The translations under genes were made by a program, and so were the position numbers. From Takakia lepidozioides (taxonomy: Eukaryota; Plantae; Bryophyta), in the NCBI GenBank assembly GCA_030704615.1, contig CM060733.1, positions 41,850,001-41,914,000 on the forward strand: DNA of 64,000 bases. Reading direction: 5' to 3'. This document shows, one piece after another, positions 23,248 through 34,500 of the stretch (its first letter is position 1; each line of letters begins with the position of its first letter). The notes under the pieces were generated by a model, which ran no database searches, had not been told where the DNA came from, and worked only from the letters and a program-made list of their open reading frames with translations.

Positions 23248-23943
23248 TTAATGTGGCAATAACCAAAACTCTCTTCTGTAATATCTCTCGTATATGCCTG
23301 GGTTTCTTTCAAGCTTCAATGCACCCTTGGCTATACTTGAAGTCTCTGTTACCATATAACCATATGGCAAACAAGTCTGAAAAGCTGTTCTTGGTGTGAG
23401 TTTGATCCACAAAATATCCTTTGGAATCCAATTCTTTACCAGTACAAGCTCTTCATGCATATGAGTATAAACATTCACCTTTCTTTCTTCCCAGCCTTCA
23501 AACTCTACTCGTTTAATGGATAGCAATGCTATCACATAAACCAATGTTGGTAACCAACGTGCTCTTCCTCTACAGGCTACCTGATAAATCTTTATCACTC
23601 CTTTCTCCAGACCCCATTCTGGATCAGCATCATGCACTCGTTTAAGAATATTTTCTTTACAACCGTCTGGCAATTCCAAGAACCTTTGAAAGAATTGTTT
23701 GGACAATCTTTCTTCCTTCGTTCCACAGGGAATTTGATTCACTTCAAATTCTTTAATGGTCCATCCACCATGATCCCACCAGATGCCTGTCACATCTGGT
23801 TGTTCATGTCCCAGCTCCCCAGTATGGTCGCCAAATGTCGCGCGGCTTTTACTCACCCATCCCTTCGCTATCCGAGGCGGAAACTCCAAGATAGAAGAGT
23901 TGGAAATCTCTAAGTACTCAGCCCGCGCAGAACAATCAGTCAT
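23248..23943 (-). CDS. Family A 5' extra ORF (231 aa), starting at an ATG inside the LTR and crossing the PBS
   Basis: Open frame ending 21 nt before the gag ATG; the same frame is open at 36454-36880. Confidence 0.55.
   Translation of the reverse strand: MTDCSARAEYLEISNSSILEFPPRIAKGWVSKSRATFGDHTGELGHEQPDVTGIWWDHGGWTIKEFEVNQIPCGTKEERLSKQFFQRFLELPDGCKENILKRVHDADPEWGLEKGVIKIYQVACRGRARWLPTLVYVIALLSIKRVEFEGWEERKVNVYTHMHEELVLVKNWIPKDILWIKLTPRTAFQTCLPYGYMVTETSSIAKGALKLERNPGIYERYYRREFWLLPH
23816..23833 (-). promoter_or_regulatory. Primer binding site TGGCGACCATACTGGGGA (probably tRNA-Arg)
   Basis: 2 nt from the LTR end; identical at 36564-36581; resembles the Arg-type PBS of Ogre/Tat elements. Confidence 0.75.
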
Positions 23944-24765
23944 GACCTACAGCTAGTGTATCATGGGGGTGTTTCCTATTTGTTTCCCTTTCCGCATTCA
24001 TCTTAGCTACCTTACCATTGATAATTAAGTATCAGTTTGCTTCATCAATTTATCGGTTTCCTTCACTCCTCCATTCAATCCACAGCTTCACTCAAATCTC
24101 TCTACACAGTGTGATTGTATCGTATAAGTATCAGATTATGATTTATCAGGTATCAGGCCGAAGCCATTGTGTCTCTATTCTCCTCTACAATATCCCTACA
24201 GCTTTGCATATAACAAGCATCTACTAATCCTCTTTCCTCCTTCATCGTGCTCTCCGACCTCCGCTCCCGTCTGACTCCGAAATCCTCCTCCCCCGAATTC
24301 CCATCTTCATTCCCCGTTCTTCCCTTTATCTTCCTATCCGTAGTTCTAACCGTTTCCCTCACTAACCGTCGCTTGTGAACTAACATGTTCCCCACAGTCG
24401 TTCCCTGTCCTGCTCTCCGTTCCCTATGATCGTGACCGCTGTGTCAAGCTGTGACTGGCTGTGTGAAACTGTGACGGGCTGTGACTGGCTGTGCGGGCTG
24501 TGTGGGCTGTGTCGACTGTGTTTGGCTGTGTCAGGCTGTGACTGGCTGTGTCGGCTGTGTCGGGCTGTGATTGGCTGTGTGGGCTGTGACGACTGTGACG
24601 GGCTGTGTCGGCTGTGTGGGCTGTGTCTGCTGTGACGACTGTGTAACCCCCCTCTACAGTGCGCTGCTGTCACCCCTAAGGCTCCTGTTGGTCTCAGTCT
24701 GTGCAAAATTAAGGGTACCCTACAGATCCCATATAAGTGTCTAAGTCCCCTACAGTCCTCTAACA
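23836..24765 (-). mobile_element. Family A 5' LTR (A3), inserted in the DGNHR codons of a ParB-gene fragment
   Basis: TG..CA ends; PBS adjacent; right flank gcaaccatcga matches 32736 onward. Confidence 0.92.
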
Positions 24766-24876
24766 GCAACCATCGATTGCTGGCATGGATGGGATACATT
24801 CAGAAACACCATTCGAAAGACAAAGACAAGCATGTTGCTGTGGAGGCAATGGTTTTGGATCCAGGAAACGACATCG
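24766..24876 (+). pseudogene. Fragment of the ParB-domain exon of element D1
   Basis: Matches 32736-32846 (NHRLLAWMGYIQKHHSKDKDKHVAVEAMVLDPGNDI). Confidence 0.9.
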
Positions 24877-24888
24877 TTTTGGATCAGG

Positions 24889-26497
24889 TTGCTTTCCATA
24901 TTTTTGACTCATTGCTTTCTTTATGTTGTTTCCTGTGCACTATTCTGAAGTGTGGTTATCCTCTTTGCAGAACATGTCCATTGAGGAAATGGCAGACATG
25001 CCATCTTGCAATTTGGCAGAAACTGTGCACAATGCATGGTTGCAGCAGTCTGGGAAAAGAGGTCGGGATTTGTATGTGGCAACAACAGATGATTTGATAC
25101 GTGCCTTGCAACAACAAACCCGATACCGTGATTTCTTACGAGGTGGGGTTGGTGGCAAGGGTCCGGACAAATCGGAGTTGATGTTGCGTGCTGCAAACAG
25201 ATCTGGGGATCCAATCAAGATAGCACGGGCGGTGAGCATGTATGCCCAGGGAACGCCACTTGTTTCTAGAGTTCCACATCTTGAAGGGGAGGAGAGATTC
25301 GGCTCCTGTAAGAGGAAATTAACACTCCACCTGGTTCGGATTCAGATTCCCACAGGGCAGACCGTGATAACTTCTCGAAGCCTCGTGTTCCCCTGCATGA
25401 CAGCTCCGTGTCCGGAACCTCCATTGTGGAGGAACCTCCAACACGACGGCAAGCTCCAGCATCAAACCGTGCCACTGAAATGGTGCAGGAGAGAAACAAC
25501 CCCCTTGATGTGCTTGAGTCCGCATGCCCCGACCACGTTTGGCACATAGAACGCACAAGTGTCGGGTCTCGTGTGAAATGTACAGCGATCAGGGCAACTA
25601 ATTTCGAGAAGTGCACTTCATCTATATCCAGAGGTGGTGCCCGAACTCCTGCTCCGACTTTCACGGGCTTGATGCGTCCATACGGTCAACCAGAAGCCAA
25701 GAACCACAAGTTCTGGTTCTGCGCAGATGATTGTGCCAGATGTGTGCATGGAACTGTGCGTCCTTCCGTAGTGATGAAGCCATCTCCTCCAACCGTTTGG
25801 CCCGTGAAGGTGGGAACACATCTCAGCTTTCAGGAGATTGAAATGCTGGAGGAGGCAGGTTTTTCCCTTGCGAGACAACCCCAACTCCATGCATGTGCTA
25901 CTACTCCTGCGTCCTCCCGAGTCCCCCCGGCAAATCCTGACTTGTGGCCAACCAAACGAGATGGAAAGCTCGTTCGGCGTTTCCCTCCAACCGCTGAACA
26001 CTTTGGCAAAGTGGAGTCCGCAAGAATGCTCCAAGCTCGTGTCGGAAGCACCACGGAAGTACCCGATCCAGGATATGGTCGGGTATTCACAATCATCACT
26101 TCCATATCTGCTGTTCATGACAGGACCTACGACATCACGGTTTCCAATTTCCCCAATTGCACATGTCCTGATTTTGTGAATATGCTATCAACCAGTTTGG
26201 GCAAGAGAGGTAAATTCATACCCTGCAAACATTTGTATTTCATATTTTTGAGGAGGATGGTTTGCGATCCCAAACGTGACAACTTCATTCACCAGGCCAC
26301 TATGAGTTTCAACGAGGTCGATACTCTTTTGCAGCGGGATACAACACATGGGTAGCATGAACTATGTAATGTGGTATGTGGATGACCATGATTTGAAATG
26401 TGTAATTCACATCAATTCGTCGGCTGTGCAATGATATGGCCTCCAACTATACGGAGTGAGGTCTGAGTGACAACTTTTAGGTAGTGCACATTTGTCA
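24889..26497 (+). repeat. Inverted duplicate of the D1 transposase 3' half, including part of the intron and the 3' UTR
   Basis: Near-identical reverse complement of ~27004-28608; a 1-bp deletion near 25320 splits the ORF. Confidence 0.92.
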
Positions 26498-26745
26498 ACG
26501 ACGCAATGGCGTGAGCGTTGCACGTGAGCGCGCGAGCGTACGCTCACGCAGGAGTGACGTGGCGTGAGCGTACGCTCACGCTAGCTGACGTGGCGTGAGC
26601 CTGCACACATGCTGACGTGGCGTGAGCGTCATGTCAGCATGCTGATGTGGCGGTAAATGATGACGTGGCACTGTCCGTCAACTGCCACGTCAGCATTAAC
26701 ATGCGCCGCCTATAACCGTGGATGGTCCTATGACCGTGGAATTAA
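26498..26745. repeat. Terminal region of D1: GCGTGAGC/GCTCACGC palindromes and TGACGTGGC repeats
   Basis: Directly visible; duplicated at 36881-37128; a related motif cluster lies at 37400-37520. Confidence 0.8.
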
Positions 26746-27145
26746 TGCAGGGAATCTTGCCTAAATAGAATCAAGACGAGCGTTGAGGCCTACAATTGCA
26801 GCATCCAACATTGTGCAATTACAAATGTTTGTTTCACTTTTACAATTACGAAGACGACAAAATATCCTCACAAAGTGTGCGCCATAAAGGCTGCCACGAG
26901 AAGACTTCCTCCCTCCTCAAATAACAATGAGAGTTATGATCATCTTCAAAAGATGATTGTAGTACATAGCGACAGCAAGACATGTAGACTTCGAACGGTG
27001 CAATGACAAATGTGCACTACCTAAAAGTTGTCACTCAGACCTCACTCCGTATAGTTGGAGGCCATATCATTGCACAGCCGACAAATTGATGTGAATTACA
27101 CATTTCAAATCATGGTCATCCACATACCACATTACATAGTTCATG

Positions 27146-30100
27146 CTACCCATGTGTTGTATCCCGCTGCAAAAGAGTATCGACCTCGTTGAAACTCATA
27201 GTGGCCTGGTGAATGAAGTTGTCACGTTTGGGATCGCAAACCATCCTCCTCAAAAATATGAAATACAAATGTTTGCAGGGTATGAATTTACCTCTCTTGC
27301 CCAAACTGGTTGATAGCATATTCACAAAATCAGGACATGTGCAATTGGGGAAATTGGAAACCGTGATGTCGTAGGTCCTGTCATGAACAGCAGATGTGGA
27401 AGTGATGATTGTGAATACCCGACCATATCCTGGATCGGGTACTTCCGTGGTGCTTCCGACACGAGCTTGGAGCATTCTTGCGGACTCCACTTTGCCAAAG
27501 TGTTCAGCGGTTGGAGGGAAACGCCGAACGAGCTTTCCATCTCGTTTGGTTGGCCACAAGTCAGGATTTGCCGGGGGGACCCGGGAGGACGCAGGAGTAG
27601 TAGCACATGCATGGAGTTGGGGTTGTCTCGCAAGGGAAAAACCTGCCTCCTCCAGCATTTCAATCTCCTGAAAGCTGAGATGTGTTCCCACCTTCACGGG
27701 CCAAACGGTTGGAGGAGATGGCTTCATCACTACGGAAGGACGCACAGTTCCATGCACACATCTGGCACAATCATCTGCGCAGAACCAGAACTTGTGGTTC
27801 TTGGCTTCTGGTTGACCGTATGGACGCATCAAGCCCGTGAAAGTCGGAGCAGGAGTTCGGGCACCACCTCTGGATATAGATGAAGTGCACTTCTCGAAAT
27901 TAGTTGCCCTGATCGCTGTACATTTCACACGAGACCCGACACTTGTGCGTTCTATGTGCCAAACGTGGTCGGGGCATGCGGACTCAAGCACATCAAGGGG
28001 GTTGTTTCTCTCCTGCACCATTTCAGTGGCACGGTTTGATGCTGGAGCTTGCCGTCGTGTTGGAGGTTCCTCCACAATGGAGGTTCCGGACACGGAGCTG
28101 TCATGCAGGGGAACACGAGGCTTCGAGAAGTTATCACGGTCTGCCCTGTGGGAATCTGAATCCGAACCAGGTGGAGTGTTCAATTTCCTCTTACAAGAGC
28201 CGAATCTCTCCTCCCCTTCAAGATGTGGAACTCTAGAAACAAGTGGCGTTCCCTGGGCATACATGCTCACCGCCCGTGCTATCTTGATTGGATCCCCAGA
28301 TCTGTTTGCAGCACGCAACATCAACTCCGATTTGTCCGGACCCTTGCCACCAACCCCACCTCGTAAGAAATCACGGTATCGGGTTTGTTGTTGCAAGGCA
28401 CGTATCAAATCATCTGTTGTTGCCACATACAAATCCCGACCTCTTTTCCCAGACTGCTGCAACCATGCATTGTGCACAGTTTCTGCCAAATTGCAAGATG
28501 GCATGTCTGCCATTTCCTCAATGGACATGTTCTGCAAAGAGGATAACCACACTTCAGAATAGTGCACAGGAAACAACATAAAGAAAGCAACAAAAATATG
28601 GAAAGCAAATGTATGAATAAAGCATGAAATAGAAGCCTCGTACCATTGTCATGGCTGCTCCCCACTGTCTATACCGGAAGTGCCAAAACGCCAGCCAATC
28701 TTCCAATGCTCTCATACTCTCAAGTGATGCAGCTCCAGAAGAGAACCACCAGGCACGAATTGTCTGGAACAAAGTGTCCGCCTCCTTCATTGTTCTAGCA
28801 TCTTTGTACTCTTTGCACAATTTACGGTGCTGAGTCTGCATCTCTGGTTTGATGTCCGACTTTGTATGTTTTTCCAGAGATTGTGTCCAATGGAATAGAC
28901 ATGTACACTCTCTTCCTGGCATAGGCACTTTTGGGTCGCCCGATCCGAAGACAATACGAATAGCATTGAAATTTGCTTGAGCACTATCCGCCATGAAACC
29001 TGCGAAATTTGGAGATGGCAGCCCATGGCAGCCCATGACACGTATCAGGGAATTCCACATGAGCTTCTGGGATTCCGTATCCTCGGATTGCATGTCACAA
29101 ACTGCAATTGTCATAACTCGTTGGTACACTGGATCGTAGACATGACAAGCCATTGTCGTCCAATCCTTCACTCGTTTCACATGATCAAACATAAGAAAAC
29201 AGTTCTGCAAGTCCCCAGTCTTCTGCATCCGCTTCACGAGGCTAACCCCACTGCCCTCCCCAACAGTCGACATTTTGAAAAGAAAAACTTTGATGGCACC
29301 TTGACCTGGGAATACATTGTCCTGGATGTAATCGTACTTGCTCAGTCGTTTCAATTCCAAAATATTGTCTATGTAGCCTCTGATCCCAGAGCCCATTCTC
29401 AATGCATTGATCTGATGCCGAATGTTAGGTGAACTTAAAGTGGAGAAATGATCCATGACCAGGTCCAATGCTGCACCGTCAAGTTTAGTCCCCACAGAAT
29501 CTCCTTCACTCAAAATATGGCTTTCCAAGAAGGACTTGCTTGCGCCAAGAGCAATTGCAGATGTTGTTGCGGATGGGTTTCTCCCGAACTCCTGTTTGAT
29601 CAACCTCGATACTGTCTCAACACTCTCCCTGTAATCCCCCTTCGAGACAGGATGGTTATGGAATCCAAAATGCACACAAGCTCTCGTCATTGTATTCAAA
29701 TGGTGGACAACATAGTACATTCTTGCTCCGCAGAGCGCCAAGCAGGATGGCACAAGTTTGCAGAATTTGCAGACGAAAGTGTTTGCCGGTGGAGGGGCAG
29801 TCCCAGGCTGAAATGGATTCTCTGCCAGACCCTCCCATTCGCTTTGATTATGAACTCCAGACTGAAGAAAGTGTCTGCAATTCAAATTATCACACCTAAG
29901 GTGTCCATTGCAAACTGTCCTCCTGAAAACAAGCTTGTCATCATTCTGAATATTGGATGTTTTTGTTCTGCACCACGGGTGCCCGTCGTGTTTCTTGTCC
30001 ATTCCATGCATCATGATTGTTACACCTCCAACTCGCGGAGGAGGAGGCAGCTCGAATAGGATATCGCCATCAAAAGTCTCCGGCAAGAACTTCACAGGCA

Positions 30101-30656
30101 CCTGCTTCAAAGATTCCCAATCAATTCCCCGCAACTCGCTTTTGAATCCAGCCATTCCTCCCATCGCCCGCAATTTTGGAATGACACTACAAATCTCTTC
30201 TTCATCAGCTTCTGCAACCACAGTAGGAAGGACTGGATTTGGAATTTCACTTATGTCATCATCGGAAGAATCCGAAAGCTCAACGATTGGAGTGGAGGAC
30301 GTCTGTTCTTTTTTCACCACCACCTCCCTCTTGTCTTCAACGACCGAAGCAGCAGTCCCGGGCGTCACATATGACCCAAGGGACTTTCGCCGAGGCTCTC
30401 CAAGTACTCTGTATCGACCAGGACGCACTCTCCACTGGCTGATATGAGCCGTCTCATCACGGTTTTGGAAAGAATATTTCACCAACTTCCCTTTCAGATC
30501 GTAAACCTCTTTCTCCAAAAAGATGGAGCCATTCTGCAGCTGAAAACGGGTAGCCAAGACATGTTCCAGAACAATTGCAAATCCATTGTCAAGGACTTCC
30601 TGGGAGAACGGCACTGGTTTGTCGTCTGAGAAGAACTCCGCTTCAGAGGAAGCCAT
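27146..30656 (-). CDS. Mutator-like DDE transposase with a GCM-like Zn domain and C-terminal SWIM finger; exons 30656-28644 and 28531-27146 (~1130 aa), apparently intact
   Basis: CNGHLRC..C..CKFC..C..HFGFHNHP; FLMFDHVKR (D1), FMADSAQA (D2), CLFHW (CxxH), CNLAETVH (E); SWIM CTCPDF..PCKH; phase-0 GT-AG intron joins TM|NMS. Confidence 0.8.
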
Positions 30657-31511
30657 CTTCCTTCCTCGAGTATGTTTGTACCTTGCTATCGCAGATCTAG
30701 TGTAAATCGGTTTACTGCTGTCTCCAGAACACAGTTGAAGCATGAGCAGAGCATATGGCGGAGGAAGCTCAGATAACGACTGTGCATATTCTGTTATTCA
30801 TTCCAGATATGCAGCCGTCCATTTTAATTACTTTTCTTGTGGGCCCAGTGGTCAGAGAATCCATAGGGGCAGTGTCGGCAACTGTTAAACCGTTAATCAG
30901 AACCTCATCAATAAACCCAATAACAAAGCCGACTTCCTGGAAGCATGCCACAGGATCCGAGAATGGGATTGCAGATTAAGTAAATGTATCTATATACTAC
31001 TACCAATGATCATGCGCACCTGGAAAGTTCCAAATGTGCAACGAATGTGGGGTTTGGATAACAAGGATGACCGTGTATGATATTCCAAAATTTGTCATCA
31101 AACTCTCGTTCATTTATATTTATTTGTTTAAGACTGCGCATCAATTTCTGGGATTCGCTGTTCTTTTTAAATATTGAACCAGTTATAATTTAGAACACGC
31201 CGTTTTGTTTTGGGCGGCACACGTCAAACATCCATAACTGAATACGAACAGCTGTACACCAATTGCTGGCATGTGCACTAATATCGAAACGACTATGTGT
31301 AACGGTCACGCGGGAGGGAATCCGATGCTTCTAGAGACACGCAAGAACACAGGTTATCCCGCAAGAAATCGGGAGTCACTGCGTTTTTCTACTTTTCGCG
31401 CTTAGAGGGAGAGTGGTAGTCAAGCTGGAGAGGGTTCCTTCTAGAATACGAAAGAGAAGAAAGTCTCTTTATTTTACTTCCCTTAGAGAGAGACGCAGAG
31501 CAAGAGAGAAA

Positions 31512-34500
31512 ATGACGAGGCGTCGTTTGTTGGAGAACACAGGGCCAAGGCAGCAGGTGAACGCGGAGACTGATTCACAAGAGCAGACGGAGACTGAGGC
31601 AGCGGCTGCGACACAGCCGGCCATAAGAGTGCGCCAGCCTGTGGAGGCAGAGATGAATCGCAGGGACACTAAAGAAGGTGGAAGCACGCGGAACGCCGAA
31701 CCTGAAGAAGGTCAAGAAACCCTTGCGCAGACAGAAACTCCAGCAGATGTGAGAGGGAAGAGGAAAGCTGCAGAAGGGGATCAAAGTTCAAAACCTAAGA
31801 AGGTGCCAGTAAGTTTTATCATATAGTCTATGTGATTGCCTTTCAAGGAGTCCTTCCTCTTCCATTCTTTAGCAGGAACTACTGAATCGCGAGCGTCGTT
31901 AACGCCATTCGATTCTGCTCATGAGATTTATGTACCTATGTGTTTGAAGAGAGAGTCTGCACTTACTATTCTCCCTAAACTATACTGAATGTCGTTGTCG
32001 CCAATCAGTTGCACATATATGTCATTTCACAACACCGATCCGGCAGGTTGTTATCTTTTGTGATTGTCGTTAACGCCGTTCGCTATCGCTCTCACTTTTG
32101 TTTTGAATACGGCAGTCTCGGCTTTGCATCTGTAGATTGTGCTGAATTCTTTCACACCATTCATGGTGAGTTTCCTTGATACAGAGTGATTGTCGTTACC
32201 GCCATTCACTATTTGCAAATGACTTAGTCAGAACTGAATGGCATCGTGCAGAAAACTGTGAGGTCGAAGCCTACAGGATCAGAGGGGAAAGGATCTGGAG
32301 ATGGGGACGAGTCCGCAAAAAGCTCAGAGAATACAGATGAAGCAGATGAATCCGAAGTGCACTACCTTGACAAGGTGAAAGAACTCATGTCATTCCAGAA
32401 GGTAAACTCTCAGGAGGTTATAAGGGACATGCTCGTATCTGGAGGGCGTCTGGACATACCTCTGTGCCGGATGATATCAATGCCTGTTGTGCGTCCACCT
32501 CTTTCCCATGACATAACAAAATTGGAGAGTGATTTTGTGCATGGATATAGACTTGGTGCACAAGTTTTTTATGTGTCCCTGACGGATATAAATGGGAAAA
32601 GCACATTAGTTTCTCCAGAGATCAGTGATAACTGGGATGAGTGCTGGAAAGATGCCAATGAGGAGTTCGAGCTGGGCCTCATGATGGGAAAGAACACCCA
32701 GCAATTTTGCAACCACATGTTCTACGTCTGGGACGGCAACCACCGATTGCTGGCATGGATGGGATACATTCAGAAACACCATTCGAAAGACAAAGACAAG
32801 CATGTTGCTGTGGAGGCAATGGTTTTGGATCCAGGAAACGACATCGCTAGGCTTCTTACAGCTATGCACGACGTGAACAAGTAAGTCATCCAGGAGATTT
32901 GATTCCCTCTGTAGTGTCTTGTTGATCCTCAAAAAACAGTGTTAAGGAATGCAATGTTTTCAATGTTTTTGCAGATCGACAGAGAAATCGCATGTGACAA
33001 CAAGCTTGGTTCACACACTATTCCGAATTCAGAGGATTGGTCTGATGAAGCTGGATGATTTTCGGACAGTACTACCACCCAATATCATCAAGAAGTGCGA
33101 AACAGGAAGAGCTGCAGGCACTTGGTATTCTTTGACACGAGAGGCGTTTCTGGAGTACATGTATGCGGTAAGCCCGAGTCTGTAATCTGTTTACTTTTCG
33201 AATACATGTTTAGAGTCCCTTCGGAGCTAATCACTACTTGAATGAATGCAGCAAGAACTGGCAGAGGCAGCTGAGAAGGGAAAATCCGAATATTACCGCA
33301 CTACACCAGAGGAACTAAGGACATCAAAGGGTGTGGAAGCTGCAATAAAGAAGGAGTTTGAGATGCGAAGAACCAAATTGATGTCAGCCTTCGGAAAGCA
33401 GCTTAGAATAGTAGATCCTGGACTTGGTCCTGAGTTCCTTCAGCAGATCAAAACACACTATGACAAGCATGTGCATCCGGAGATGCAACAGGAGAAATTG
33501 CACCGGCTGGCCATATCGATGGTCGACCCACAAACAAAAATAAGGTGGCTGGAGATATGGAACTCAGATCAAACAGTAAAGGACTTGAATCAGTTCCCAA
33601 AGAGCACCATACAGCCTGGCACAAAGGTGGAAGGAATCAGTGATTTGGTGTTTGATAACTGGCTCCACAAGGCTACATTTTGGAGTCAGGTGTGTATTCG
33701 AACATGCTGTTTCTTATCTTCAAGTATGTGATGTGTTTCTTTTTTGTGATTCTGACAAATATTCTATTTGCAGCTCGAAAAGCGCGCCATCATTGTGCTG
33801 GATCAGACTTTGAAGGACCTGAACATTGCGATTGTTTCCCCTCCCCAAATGTCATTGGAGGCATACATAAGGAAGTGGAGAGGTCTCACCTGGAGATACT
33901 GTTTTTTCCGGGAGTTCTCCAAAGATGGTAACATTTTACGGTCCAACGACTTTGACAGTCAGGTTGGAGGAGAGTGGGCCATAATGCGAGTTGTGTACAG
34001 GTGAAATGTCATACTTGAAACTCTACTGTTTTTTTGGGAAAAATTGTGGCTTCATAAGGATTGCAATCTTAGATCCAGATTGAATGTCGTTGACGACATT
34101 CACTTCTTTGTCTGAGTCATTCTTAAGCGAGTATATGAATTCACCTGGTTAGGATCTAAGGGTGCAATTATATTGTCCCTGATTAGAATTGATAATGTCC
34201 TTGAATGGCGTTGACGACATTCACATACGGAGTTGTTGTGCGGTCCTCAAGGTTATTTAAATTTTTGTAATGTCCATAGAGGATACAATGAGGGTTGATC
34301 ACTTCATTTTGCTGAATGTCAATGCAGACATTCAGTTGTTCTGCATTGTTTTTTCCTCTTGCGATGAATAAGGAGGCTTCATAAGCTCTGTTTTAAGAAA
34401 TCCAAAGTGAATGTCGTTAACGACATTCACAGCTGTGTCTGTATCGCGATATGATCATCTTGGATATTCCGGACGGAGAGCCTGTGGAAGGACTGCAAGC

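Larger units (their letters stand above)
10042..24765 (-). mobile_element. Apparently full-length family A Ty3/Gypsy (non-chromovirus-like), copy A3; spans an assembly gap
   Basis: LTRs 10042-11020 and 23836-24765, PBS, 5' extra ORF, gag, PR-RT-RH-INT, 3' extra ORF, PPT; flanking 5-mers do not match (ggagg vs gcaac). Confidence 0.85.

Noticed and set aside
26498-26745. Helitron or Replitron terminus
   Set aside because: No TC/CTRR ends and no HUH or helicase ORF; the linked enzyme has DDE-type motifs
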